A stretch of DNA of 62,225 nucleotides, the filler included, from Circinaria calcarea (taxonomy: Eukaryota), in the NCBI GenBank assembly GCA_051942165.1. It is 10 parts of 10 records of this genome, joined end to end, with 100 filler letters (N's around TTAATTAATTAA, not from the genome) between each part and the next. Parts side by side here need not be neighbours in the genome. Positions count along the whole stretch, not along the records: positions 1 to 6,144 come from JAVECS010001660.1; positions 6,245 to 12,387 come from JAVECS010001661.1; 8 more parts are not named here. One strand, written 5' to 3'. Below the pieces are notes generated by a model. It did no database searches and was not told the origin of the DNA. It worked only from the letters and a program-made list of their open reading frames with translations. The first letter of the stretch is position 1. Every line of letters starts with the position of its first letter. Positions 1-10,566 of this stretch are shown one piece after another. The position numbers and the translations under genes were made by a program.

Positions 1-3000
1 GACAGCCCCCATTACCATTAGCGTTACCTCCCTCATCCCCACTCCCACCAAACAATAACCGCGCAACCTCGGGCCTCGCATCCACAGTCGCACTTTTCAG
101 ATTCACGACTCCAATCTCCTCGCTCGCCGGCAAAGAGTAAAGGTGCAGGTACGGAGCCCGCAGTTCCACGAAGCGGCGGATCCAACGCGTCGGGTTGGAG
201 GGAGTGGGAGATGGCGTGAGGAGGAAGCCGGATTTGAGGACGGTGGGGTTTTTGCGGTGGGGGGTGATGGTGGGGGAGAGTTTTGTTGGGAGAGGAGAGG
301 ATGAAGAGGCGGGGAAAGAGGAAGAAGGGGTTGTGGGTGTGGATATGAGGGGTGAGGGGAGTAAGGGAGTGGAAGGAATTTTCCAGAGGTAGAGGCAGTG
401 GGTTAGGAGATTGCGTTGATGGTCGGTAAAGGAGGTGGTCTTTAGTGGTGGTGAGGATGATCGTGATGATGAGGATGAGTTGAGTGAAGATGTTCGTGAG
501 TGACGAGCGAGGGTTATCTTTGCAGCTTCCACTTCTCTGATACGCTGCCTGCGGCGTTGAGAAGCGATAAAATCATGTACCAACGAGATGCCTCGAGATG
601 ACCAATTCGTAAGGTCTTCTTCTCCTCGTATGTACTGATTCTGGCTGTCCAATCTCCAGAGATCGGAGGGATGTTTGCTCACTGGTGGTTTGAGCATAAC
701 GGAAAAGATACCAACAGTAGAGTGAATGATTCTCGTCGTTCTCCATAGTTGTTTGAACATCGACTGAGGGCGCAACCATGAGCGAGGGCGTATCTGTAGG
801 GTTTGGTCGAATTTGAATGTCAACCTTTTATCTGTCCGTGTAGATGCGACATCGCATGTCAGTGTCATTTGCACACTATACCTTTCCATAGTCGGACGAT
901 CGAAAAGTGTTGAATCATGTAAGCTAGAATCCCATTGTCCCACAATGGTAAGATGAGTGGTGCCGCCGGCCTCTTCTTTTATTGACGGGGGATGTACTAG
1001 CTTGACTGGTATATCGGGTGTAGCTGCAAGATCAGGTACTTTGCCCCGAGGATCAATCAATCGTATGCTTCCAACGCGCATCGAGCATACATCTTCCCAT
1101 CCCAAGGACTCGCTGGAAACGTGCGTCATATGTACCACTATTCTCCGTTGCAGACCTTGGTGGAGCTGGTGAGTGCCTTCATCCAGGTTACTGTGCTGCT
1201 CGACTTCCACAGGATAGTACTCGCCGTTTTCCGACATCTCCAACATCTGGACTTTGGCAAAGACGTCATGCTGCTCTGGAATATGGTACTCGCTCTCGTG
1301 AATACGCGGTTGTATTTTCTGCCCGTTTAATGAGAATGTCTTCGCCGCTGACTCCCGTATATCATCCCAGCTTAGAAGCTTATCCAAATGCAGAGAGGTA
1401 ACTCGTGAGAATATCGCAACGCGAAGTAATGCACCTTTTGGGCTGTCCAATGGCAAACTCATGCTATGGACACTCTCGAAGCGGATGGGCCCTTCATCAA
1501 AATCTCGTATCACTTGCGTTGCTGTAGCGCCGCCATCTTCACACGTACCTGGTACACACAGTTGAGCATGGACATCTGTTCCTTCGTGCTCCGCAAAACC
1601 GACCATCTCATGCATCACAACATTGAACTTGAGCATGGAACAAGGAGCTTCCGCCGATGATGGCTCAAGGGATAATTTTATGAATCCTATCTGCTCTTGA
1701 GTGTAAGGTGATATCACCTGCGTTGAGTAATCTTGAACACGTGCTTCAAAAACAGCCGTCAAGGGTACCAGCGCATCGCCAATAAAGGAATATTGCGGTA
1801 GGAAAGCTTCGATAAACGGGTTCTCTAATCGAAAATGCTGTATATAGTCTGGCCGGTCAATATATTGGTGCATTTGCCGCATTATTTGAACACGATGCTC
1901 CAATTTCTCCAGTGACCATAAGTGGATTACTGAATGCTGGTAGTCAATCACCCGCACTGCCACACATGGTTTGCTTGAGGCTTCAAGTGCTTCATCCTCG
2001 TCTCCAGCAATATCATTCATGACAAGATCATACGATGACGCCATCTCTTGACCTTTATCAACTATAGTGAACTGAAATGTGACAAGCTTATCCATGACCT
2101 TGCTCATGACTTGTGCCTCTTTCAAAAGCGCTGCACTCTTCAGGATGATTCCTGCGAGATGTACATATCTTGGCTGTCGCCAGCGCTCGATTGCACGTGT
2201 AGCACATAATGTTTCATTCTCGAGAAGAGTAGTAAATCCATGCTCGTTGACTCTGGGCTCGGCAGGTTTTAGCATCTGCTCCAGTCTAGCTTCAAACGCT
2301 GCTTTTTGCTGTTCAAGCTGAGTCTGCAGATCGTCCTTGGTCGCTTTCAAAGCGTCTTCTATTCGTTCTTTCTCGACTCTGAGCTCTTCTATACTGTGCC
2401 TAGAAGATTCCGCTAGCTTGAGCTTTTCTTGATAATCCTCCTTTTGTTGATCGATTTGAGCTTGCATATCATCACGGAGGAATTGCAGCCTCTCATCACC
2501 ACTTTGACTTCCATCCTCACCGTCTATTTGAGGAGTACTCGGAATTGTGATTGCAGTATCGAGAGAAAAATTATCGATGGTGCTATTTGATAGATACTTT
2601 TCCCGGATTGGAAAGGAACTGACAGACTCCATATCGTCTTCTTCAGCGCCAAAGAGCCTAGACTCGGAACGGCCACGACGTACGGCTCGTACTCGCTGTA
2701 GATCATCGAACAAGGTATCCAGCTCATCATCCGTCAGATGACTTATCTTCTGATCAGGCCCAAGAAGCGCACTGGCAGCCTCCCTCCGAGCAAAGGACCA
2801 GTCAGAATCTCTACCAGACTTTGTAGGGGCCGGAGACTCGGATCTACTGAGCTCCCCATCATAGTCCGATGGGGTCTTACTAAGGGTTCGATCATGTCCT
2901 GGTCTTGGGGCAGGAGATCCTAATTGACTTGTAGTGACCGAATGTCTCAAAAGGCTCTGTTCCGCACGTTCTGCTCGAGCTTCTTGGGGATGGTTGAAGC

Positions 3001-4732
3001 GGAAAATATGGAAGTCACCGAAAATAATGCGATTTCCGCTTCGAAGTCTTCTGGGCTCGTCAATGCGAAGACCATTGACCATAACAGCGGCGCCATCATT
3101 CGGGATCACGGTAACCATACCGTAGGTATTCTCAAACGTACAGTGATGCTGTAATATCTTAGAGCCGTTCAGCCGGATCTCGGAGGTAGCATTTGCATGT
3201 TCGACATTTCCAACAGTCGTAATTCCCGGCTTGATATTGTAAACCAAGCATTCTGTAAGCAAGGGGTCGTCGCTTAAGTTGACCAAATGTGGCATTTTTT
3301 TCGGTGTCGAGAGGCCCACGAAACCTTTCTCGATGCTGATCCCAAGTTCTTCCAAGGCTGCCTCTCTTTCTCGGTGTATTTGTTCCGTCTTCTGTAGCTT
3401 CTCCTCCCACGTCTGGTTCAAGTCCTTGTACAGCTTCTCCGACTGATTCAGCTGTTCAGCAATCTCTGCCTTTGAGACCTTTTTGATAGTTCCGTCAGCT
3501 TGTGTAATGGAAACAATCTGCTTATCGAGTGGCGTGTCCGGAGCATACTGCTCTTCAGCAATACCTCCAGCTGTTGCTCCACTACCTAGTTTTGATCGTA
3601 ATTGCGCCAGTTCCTCTTTCAGCTCCCTAACCATGCGAGCGTTCGGGTCTTCGTTGATTACGGCGTGGTTCTTGATTCTTTTGGCAGAGTCGGCGTACCG
3701 CAGCGTACTCAAAGTTTCTTCAAAATTGATATCTGCAGGCGAGATGGCCGCAATCATCGCTGTCAAACTGTTACCACCAAGGGAGTCCTTCAGCAGCCAA
3801 GTGAGAACAGAATCTCGGTACGGTACCATCGCTGCGTTCCTCTTTTTCCCTGACGATAGATCGGCCAAGACTGCTATTACACGTCCGAGGGTTGACAGCG
3901 AGCGATTGATCTCCGCGCCCTCTTTTAGTCGAGCCCCTGTAGCACCAGTAGAGATGGCCCTTTCGGAGCCGGCAAGGTCGACAAGACTGATCTTTGCCAC
4001 TTTTTCGGTATCCATGGACGTTTCCACGTCGTGTCTTCTCTGCGTCAGGGTCAGGGTGAAAACTGCATGCGACCGACTTGAAGTCTCGTTCATGTTCGTT
4101 GCTGCTACCGTCCGTGCCTTATTCCCTTCGTCCATCAGGTTCTCTATTTCTGTGAAAGACCTCACCACGAGCTTGGCCAAGTCTTCCACGTACGGTCCTG
4201 TCGCCGGGTGCTCTCTAACCCTGAGATTGCCCTTGGTTGAAGGATTCAGTAGATCGCGAACGCGTTCGTTGTAGATTTCCAGGTACGACACCTCCACCGT
4301 GCAGTTGAGATGTTTATCCTGCTGTAACTGGGTGATCCTCTCGAACATGTCCTTGCAGATCTTTGGTATGACGCCTGCCTCCTCGCCATAACCCATCATA
4401 CTGTAGGATTTCCCCGAGCCCGTCTGACCGTATGCGAAGATGCAGTTGTTGTAGCCCTGAAAGGCGTTGTCTAGTAGAGGCGCACCGAGGTCATTGAAGA
4501 GGCTGTCCTGCCCAGCGAAATGCGGATCCCCTTGGCTGAATGACCAGTAGCTCCTATCGAATGCGAACACCTTTTGCGCATCTCCAGCCTTGCCTCCTTT
4601 GGAAGCATCTTGCGGCGGAACGAGGATGGTCTGGGCATCCTTCATCTGCACGATACATTTTGCCTTCCTTCCCAGTTCCCTCGCGTTGAAGGGCCGCACC
4701 CTCACTACGACCTTGATGTTTCCCCCAGCCAT
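1..4732 (-). CDS. uncA: Kinesin-3 motor (Unc104/KIF1/UncA-like), 3'-truncated at window edge
   Basis: ATG at 4732 gives MAGGNIKVVVRVRPFNARE, then P-loop GQTGSGKS, NETSSRSHAVF and SLVDLAGSE. A PH-like C-terminus (VLKSGFLL..RWIRRFVELRAPYLHLY) is in the same frame. It is absent from the ORF track, consistent with no stop before base 1. Confidence 0.95.
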   Translation of the reverse strand, partial: MAGGNIKVVVRVRPFNARELGRKAKCIVQMKDAQTILVPPQDASKGGKAGDAQKVFAFDRSYWSFSQGDPHFAGQDSLFNDLGAPLLDNAFQGYNNCIFAYGQTGSGKSYSMMGYGEEAGVIPKICKDMFERITQLQQDKHLNCTVEVSYLEIYNERVRDLLNPSTKGNLRVREHPATGPYVEDLAKLVVRSFTEIENLMDEGNKARTVAATNMNETSSRSHAVFTLTLTQRRHDVETSMDTEKVAKISLVDLAGSERAISTGATGARLKEGAEINRSLSTLGRVIAVLADLSSGKKRNAAMVPYRDSVLTWLLKDSLGGNSLTAMIAAISPADINFEETLSTLRYADSAKRIKNHAVINEDPNARMVRELKEELAQLRSKLGSGATAGGIAEEQYAPDTPLDKQIVSITQADGTIKKVSKAEIAEQLNQSEKLYKDLNQTWEEKLQKTEQIHREREAALEELGISIEKGFVGLSTPKKMPHLVNLSDDPLLTECLVYNIKPGITTVGNVEHANATSEIRLNGSKILQHHCTFENTYGMVTVIPNDGAAVMVNGLRIDEPRRLRSGNRIIFGDFHIFRFNHPQEARAERAEQSLLRHSVTTSQLGSPAPRPGHDRTLSKTPSDYDGELSRSESPAPTKSGRDSDWSFARREAASALLGPDQKISHLTDDELDTLFDDLQRVRAVRRGRSESRLFGAEEDDMESVSSFPIREKYLSNSTIDNFSLDTAITIPSTPQIDGEDGSQSGDERLQFLRDDMQAQIDQQKEDYQEKLKLAESSRHSIEELRVEKERIEDALKATKDDLQTQLEQQKAAFEARLEQMLKPAEPRVNEHGFTTLLENETLCATRAIERWRQPRYVHLAGIILKSAALLKEAQVMSKVMDKLVTFQFTIVDKGQEMASSYDLVMNDIAGDEDEALEASSKPCVAVRVIDYQHSVIHLWSLEKLEHRVQIMRQMHQYIDRPDYIQHFRLENPFIEAFLPQYSFIGDALVPLTAVFEARVQDYSTQVISPYTQEQIGFIKLSLEPSSAEAPCSMLKFNVVMHEMVGFAEHEGTDVHAQLCVPGTCEDGGATATQVIRDFDEGPIRFESVHSMSLPLDSPKGALLRVAIFSRVTSLHLDKLLSWDDIRESAAKTFSLNGQKIQPRIHESEYHIPEQHDVFAKVQMLEMSENGEYYPVEVEQHSNLDEGTHQLHQGLQRRIVVHMTHVSSESLGWEDVCSMRVGSIRLIDPRGKVPDLAATPDIPVKLVHPPSIKEEAGGTTHLTIVGQWDSSLHDSTLFDRPTMERYSVQMTLTCDVASTRTDKRLTFKFDQTLQIRPRSWLRPQSMFKQLWRTTRIIHSTVGIFSVMLKPPVSKHPSDLWRLDSQNQYIRGEEDLTNWSSRGISLVHDFIASQRRRQRIREVEAAKITLARHSRTSSLNSSSSSRSSSPPLKTTSFTDHQRNLLTHCLYLWKIPSTPLLPSPLISTPTTPSSSFPASSSSPLPTKLSPTITPHRKNPTVLKSGFLLTPSPTPSNPTRWIRRFVELRAPYLHLYSLPASEEIGVVNLKSATVDARPEVARLLFGGSGDEGGNANGNGGC

Positions 4733-5212
4733 CGTCGTGGGTGATGCCAGCCTGTCATCCAAGTTCTGCAATGAATGTCGATCATCGCAATGCCAGTTCA
4801 ACCGGCGGAGGGGTCAGGAAATAGGGTGCAGCCATCCGGTTGGACATGATACGAAGTCGAGTATGGACAATGTCTGGAGGTTGACTTGCGAAGGATGCAC
4901 TACCGTCAAGCTGACACTTGGGTGTTCGAGTCCTCGGTCGAGTTCCTTAGGGTCGAGTTCCTCAGGGTCGTATTTACGCGGCAGTAAAATGATCGACAGG
5001 GTCCCTTGAGGAGAGAGGGTCTACCATATAATCCCTGTCTGCCTTCCCCGTGCCAAGCATCCACACCGTGGGATGATTCATACTGCAGGAACAGCCTTTC
5101 ATCCGAGCGCGGGCTAAAGATATGTACCATTTTCTATCGATGCGCAACTCATTCTGACCTTCCACTATTATCACCCGCCGGCGTCAAACTTGGTGCAGGC
5201 AGTCTTTTTATC

Positions 5213-6126
5213 ATGAACTCAGTCAGCGATAAGCTTGCGGCCGATGCCGAGCGCTTCTCTCTAGATCTCAAACTGCTCCAGGAGCTAGGGCGAAAGGCCA
5301 TTGACGCAAAAGAAAGAGCCTATTGTATGTCCGGTCTCTTAGGCGGCTCCGGGATATCGTCATACGCAGTCTTATCAGTCCTCCGAAGAGGTTGCCTTGT
5401 GCCTTTATAGCCCATTCTATGAACCTCGGTGATGGAAAGAGAGCCGCTGTTGAACTCTATTTCAGGTCCATCTTCCAATTTCCGTGTCGGGGCAGCTCTC
5501 TTGACTCCAGCGGGAGATTTCATCACTGGGGTCAACGTGGAGAATGCAAGCTACCCGGTTGGTGTGTGTGCGGAGTGCTGTGCAATGGCCAAAGCCGTGG
5601 TATGGCACCTTCAATTCTCTCAGTGTCTGTTGATAAAGAAATTCTCCCCTTCGACACATGTGGGATAAAGGATGGTCGGTTGGACTTAACGGGGAGATTG
5701 TGATTGAAATCCAACAGCTTACGAACCTAAACTAACATTTCTGTTGTGCAGTCAGATGGAGAAACCAAGTTTACGGCTATAGCTGTTTCGACTGACATAA
5801 GTCCGCCCGGTGAGTCTACCTCAGTGGGCTCCATCTCTGATACTCGAGACAAGAAATCATAAGAAACCTGTTCTCCCTGGAAATATCCGGTACAATATGG
5901 TATTATTGAAGTCGCTGATTGCTTTGGCAGCTTCTCCGTGCGGCGCGTGCCGTCAATTGTAGGTTACGTTAGACTTTTGAGACTTCTCGTCCTTACCTAG
6001 AGTCAAGTCACGCAACTGGTTAGATTCTAACATCCGTACTGCAGTATCCGTGAATTCTGCTCAATGTCCATACCTATCTTTATGTATGGTGAAAATGGGG
6101 ACTACGTTGTGAGGACACTTGGAGAG
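5213..6126 (+). CDS. CDD1: Cytidine deaminase (homotetrameric type), multi-exon, 3'-truncated
   Basis: Exons about 5213-5324, 5466-5599, 5752-5809, 5931-5958 and 6044-6126, with GT-AG introns. Spliced product has AYCPSSNFRVGAALL, NVENASYPVGVCAE and SPCGACRQFIREF. Confidence 0.9.
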
Positions 6127-6144
6127 GTATGGTCTCACTATCTT

Positions 6145-6244
6145 NNNNNNNNNNNNNNNNNNNNNNNNNNNNNNNNNNNNNNNNNNNNTTAATTAATTAA
6201 NNNNNNNNNNNNNNNNNNNNNNNNNNNNNNNNNNNNNNNNNNNN
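6145..6244. other. Artificial 100-bp contig spacer (N-TTAATTAATTAA-N); repeated at 12388, 18631, 24874, 31112, 37347, 43571, 49793 and 56014
   Basis: Identical N runs with a central six-frame stop linker separate segments of 6144 to 6112 bp. Genes are cut at these boundaries. Confidence 0.99.
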
Positions 6245-6760
6245 TAAATGGAGTGGAATTGAGCTCAAAGCGAGACAAATCCAAAGGAGCCATCGTCCTT
6301 TGTAAATCCGTCGTAGATTTCGGATACCGGATACCCCAATATCAAGCCAGATGCCTTTAGCATGAGCTCGGTCGATCTCGTGTCTTGTCGGCGCGCTCAG
6401 GCACTGCATACACACATTGCTAGCACTTAGTAGCAAGGTACTAAGCACATTAATAGCGAGATGGGACCATGTAGATATGATGCTCATCTCCTTGCATGAA
6501 CCTTGGTAAAGCGTGAAAATGCCATCTCCCACCGCGGAGAGCGTGTAATTGCTCGCCCAAGCCAAGAGAGAGATGTTTGTAATTAGTACAGCGAACACTG
6601 TTACTGCGCCGGCGATAATACCTATCCTCCAACCTCCTCGAGATCTTTGTTTGGGGCGCGGAATATCCGTGGATGAAGAGAGTTCCAATTGATCATATTT
6701 GGCCGTCTGATTTATGCAAAGAATCTCTGGCAACCAACGCATACCTTCAGTGAAGAACAA
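6245..6760 (-). CDS. DUF6536-type fungal membrane protein, N-terminal part (3'-truncated; start uncertain)
   Basis: Family-typical motifs GWRIG, [48 protein letters not shown] and LSSIPLHL. Confidence 0.8.
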
Positions 6761-7551
6761 AACTGCGAGCTGGAAATTTACAGAGAGGGAAGCACGAAGG
6801 GGCGTGTTTCAAGCCTCCGCGCACAATGGCACTCTGCTGGGGCGCGGAGACTAAAAACGCGCTCCTTCGTAGAGGCGACAGAAATCATGAGTGCTGCATA
6901 GACGGCCATAAAGACCCAATTTACGGCCTGTGTACGACTTCCAATCCGTAGCTTCGACTCTTTATCCACTCATGTCAGTAAAATACACTTTTCTTAGTGC
7001 AGTGATGGATATAAATGTAGCGCAGTAGGTAGTCGAAGAACACGGTGATTGCGACTGGTTCGCGGATGCGAAAATGGCACACAGTGAACTATTCCGGCCG
7101 GTGGGATTTCCTCGAGACCTGGAGCGACGTCAAGCCAATCCCGCAACGGCTGAGAGCAACCCCATGTGGGGTTTGGGAATAAAGCGCATGCAGAGTGCTA
7201 TCCGATGTGCCTCTCTTGGTGTTGAGTAGATTGTGGTTTGCAGCAGCAGCATAATAGCAGAATTGAGTTAGGGTCATCTTTGCCCTCAAAGCTTTACCGG
7301 CGGCGAAACTACCTACCTGATACCTAGGGACATACGAAGACTACTTGAAAATGCTCCAGAGGAATTAACGGCCCAATAGGTGAAAGGCGGACATGATGCA
7401 ATGGCGAAGCCCCTAACCGCCACCAGGTTTTGACGAACCGCCTCGTTCCGCTCGGGACGGTCTTGGCCCTCGCGAGGAAAATAGGGCTAGGTAGCATCAT
7501 CCGGTCGCTTTGGGCGCCCTTTCCCAATAAGCTTAGCTTGGTATAACCTAA

Positions 7552-8214
7552 GGGCCTGTTCGGCAACACCTGATTTTCGAAATCGATTTCGAAAATCGAT
7601 TTTGGACCCTGAAAATCTGCCAAGTGAGCGTTCGGCAACAAAAATTTTGATTTTCGCGAAATCGATTTCTAAAATCGATTTCGCTAACACACCCAAATTT
7701 AGTGCCTTGGCATAAATAGGTCGGGACCTATTTATCGAGATTTTCGAAATCGATTTTGCGCTAAGAAACACGAAGAAACATGATAAAATACATATACTAT
7801 ATAGGTAATGGGTATTAATCTGGTTTATAATATATCGATTAATTACGCATGCTATTCACGCTGATAAAAAAAATACGACAGCGAAATTATCCCTTTTAAA
7901 TATACTTATTAATTTAGGCTAGAAGAGCCCTAGAGTTAGAAAAGGCACACATAAACTTAAGGCCTTTATTCAGCCAAGTAATATTACTTCGTGTTTTCCA
8001 ACGTAAATTAATAAATTTACTAGTGATTAGCTTATTATTTAACCCTTATAAGCGGGGAATCGCACGCTCGAAATCACGTCAACCGAACACTCTTTCGAAA
8101 TCTGCCGAAATCAATTTTGGAAATCGATTCTGCCGAAATCAATTTTGGAAATCGATTCTGCCAAAATCGATTCTCGAAATCGATTTCGAAAATCAGGTGT
8201 TGCCGAACAGGCCC
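7552..8214. mobile_element. Non-autonomous PIF/Harbinger (Tourist-like) MITE, 663 bp
   Basis: About 54-bp TIRs starting GGGCCTGTTCGGCAACACCTGATTTTCG with one mismatch. TAA target-site duplication at 7549-7551 and 8215-8217. AT-rich non-coding core with many AAATCGATTT sub-terminal repeats. Confidence 0.88.
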
Positions 8215-8371
8215 TAAACCTATTATCAAGCCGTCGGTTCCCAGCCACTCTTCCACCCCGTCATAAGGATGCGTTACCTCAACAGTAGCAGTTTGTAGCG
8301 GAGTCAGAGTAATATGATACGTCATAACGCTACAGAGTTATCTGGTATTCGAAATCTAAGCTATCATTATC

Positions 8372-8643
8372 AAAACGACTATACCGGATCTCTAGTGGAA
8401 GGCTTATCGCCAACTTCGACTTGGTCTGTAGCGTCAAAGCTGCCGGGAACTTCTTCGGTCCATCGCACATGAATTTCTGTCTGCTTATCCCCTCTCCATA
8501 CTCTATGTCCCACAAATCCCGACCTCTAAAATTTATGTGTGGTCAAGGATCGACCAGTAAAGGAGTTTCCGGCAGCTTTGTCGCTATAGACCAATTCGAA
8601 GTTGGCGGTGAGTGCTGCACCAGAGACCCGGTCTAGGCGTTTT
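8372..8643 (+). repeat. Long imperfect inverted repeat / hairpin A
   Basis: 8403-8452 pairs with 8563-8612 (43 Watson-Crick, 5 G-U, 2 mismatches). Looser pairing extends to about 8372-8476 and 8529-8643. Confidence 0.85.
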
Positions 8644-9233
8644 AACGGAATTACAGATCTCAGCCTCGAGAGGATCGGTTTCGTCGCGACATGGTCCTTC
8701 CCAATTTCGACGCAATTCATATGCACGCTTGACGACAACAAAGCAGAGGCATTCGTGTCGGTAACAAATCAGAGGCATTTGCGGCCAAGCTATGGGGAAT
8801 TCGCCAACTGGTCTGATCTGCCATTGTTCGTCAAAGGCACAGGAATTGATCACTCCCCGTCCCAATATGGTTAGGCACCCCACATTGGACAGGGTTGCGA
8901 CAGCTTGCTGCGGCGCGGTCTGGGCAATACAGTTGGGAGATCAACTTTACTGTCCCGGGAGGTACCAGACACCGAGGATGATTATTTCTCGTGTAACACC
9001 GACCTAACCAGACGTTGCCGCTTGATATTTATTTTAAATCCAGAGATTCCCCGTTACTATGCAAGAAGCATCTTGGTTGTATCTTCTCCATTATAACCTA
9101 ATCAATCCTGTTCGTCTTGGTATATCTATAGGCCATAAAGATTGGCATACACCCAACCTGGTATAAATCCAAAGCAGTTGGTCATCACCGCACTTTCACT
9201 ACCACCTCCCCGTCCAGCTCTTCTCCAGCCAGA

Positions 9234-9771
9234 ATGTCTCCTCTCTCGTCTGTATCGGACAATGGTGCCCGCATCCCTTACTCGTCGCAGTCATCCCCAG
9301 ACCTAGGTGGCATAATCACCAACATCGTGTTCGGCGTCTGTGCCTGTGTTATTGGCGCCGTCACCATCTGGCAAGGATACAAGGCATGGATGATGTGGCG
9401 TACTTGTGGCGCACCTGCTGGCCTTCCGAGTGGTAAGCTTCCAAAGTCGCCCTCGAACATCCTCTTGGTCCACATCTGACATAAACTTGAATATGATAGA
9501 GCATATTCTACCAGCCCTTGACCCTCGGATCGGTGCATTTCCCCCTTTACACACCGTTGCTTCAACATCACGCAATAGCAACGAGGATCGTCTCGCTGCG
9601 GGCGGGCGTGAAGAGCTTCCTGCTCAGAACAATGGAGAAGGGCAGTATGCGGCAGCTGCCGGAGAGGGATCACCACTACCGGACATTCCCTCCCACGCAG
9701 TTCTGGTAGCGGAAGGTTCTGCGAGAGGTGAGCATGAATCAAGACAGGTAACCGCCGCAGGCGAAACATGA
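9234..9771 (+). CDS. Small single-pass membrane protein, paralog 1 (about 156 aa, 2 exons)
   Basis: Exons 9234-9432 and 9500-9771 (GTAAGC..CTGAC..TAG). TM segment IITNIVFGVCACVIGAVTIWQG. TATAAA near 9162. Paralog at 11748. Confidence 0.72.
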
Positions 9772-10419
9772 TAGAGGGACAAAGGATAGTGAATGAAGAG
9801 ACGACACTGTATTCTTGGAGTTGGTGTATGGTGTGTATGTCGAAAAGGGATGGTTATGAAGTAGAGATGACTCGGCGCTTCTAGACTCGGTTGTTTTATC
9901 TTATGGAAATGACCTCACAATTTTCTATTTGAAAATGCGAATGTCCAGTACTCCTATAGAATATTGCATTCTCATAATGTATGCAATAAGCCCATCTCAG
10001 GTAGAAGTATCAAAAGTCCAACGACCATGGACTCAGCCCGGCTTTGGACGAGTTGATTACCCCATTGGCGATAGATTGGAGGGAGCCGTCTTCCAGCTAC
10101 CAAGCATGGAAGCCTAAGTCAATTCCTTTTTTAAAAAAGAGTACAGTGACACTGTATGTAGGAGCTTCCAGTGGCTCTCATAGCCGTTACTCGAAGAGAT
10201 ATCTTGACAAGGCGTGCTGCTTTCGAGGACGGCCATCCTCTACTCTGTTGTTTTTGAGAGGTTCCCCTGTTAGTGTAGTCGGACAATTGTATCAGATTTC
10301 GCCAAGGCATCGGTCCGTCTTTCGCCGTCCCGTTGCTTTCCCACTGGTATTCGTCTGCTCCGATAGTTGTGGTGGAAAGATACCCATTGGCTATCCGGGG
10401 TAGATCCTTGGATGCGGCC

Positions 10420-10566
10420 TACAGAGGGGTGATAACTCGGGCTAGAATACACCGGCGTGGTATTCTATTGCACGGACTGTTTTTGTATGGGAAAACAGGG
10501 ATCAGGGTCAGTATTCCTAGTAATACGGCCCCTGTATATTCTAGCCCGAGTTGTCACCCCTCTGTA
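10420..10566 (+). repeat. Inverted repeat / hairpin B
   Basis: 10420-10452 pairs with 10534-10566 (31 of 33 Watson-Crick, 1 G-U, 1 mismatch). The 81-nt loop contains further small stems. Confidence 0.85.

Noticed and set aside
3483..4274. 263-aa + strand ORF and other ORFs inside 1-4732
   Set aside because: They are antisense or off-frame shadows of the kinesin-3 gene.
7410..7418. CCCTAACC as a telomerase template in the hairpin-rich contig
   Set aside because: It is only 8 nt, in a different register from the usual template, and the downstream region is interrupted by a MITE and coding genes.
7552..8214. AAATCGATTT repeat array as a CRISPR-like locus
   Set aside because: There is no repeat-spacer periodicity and no cas genes, the context is eukaryotic, and MITE TIRs with a TSD explain it.
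7324..8325. ORFs containing KSILEIDFENQVLPNRP-type repeats
   Set aside because: They are translations of MITE TIRs and sub-terminal repeats.
8330..8883. Short ORFs with mutually similar peptides on opposite strands
   Set aside because: The similarity comes from the inverted repeat, not from protein-coding conservation.
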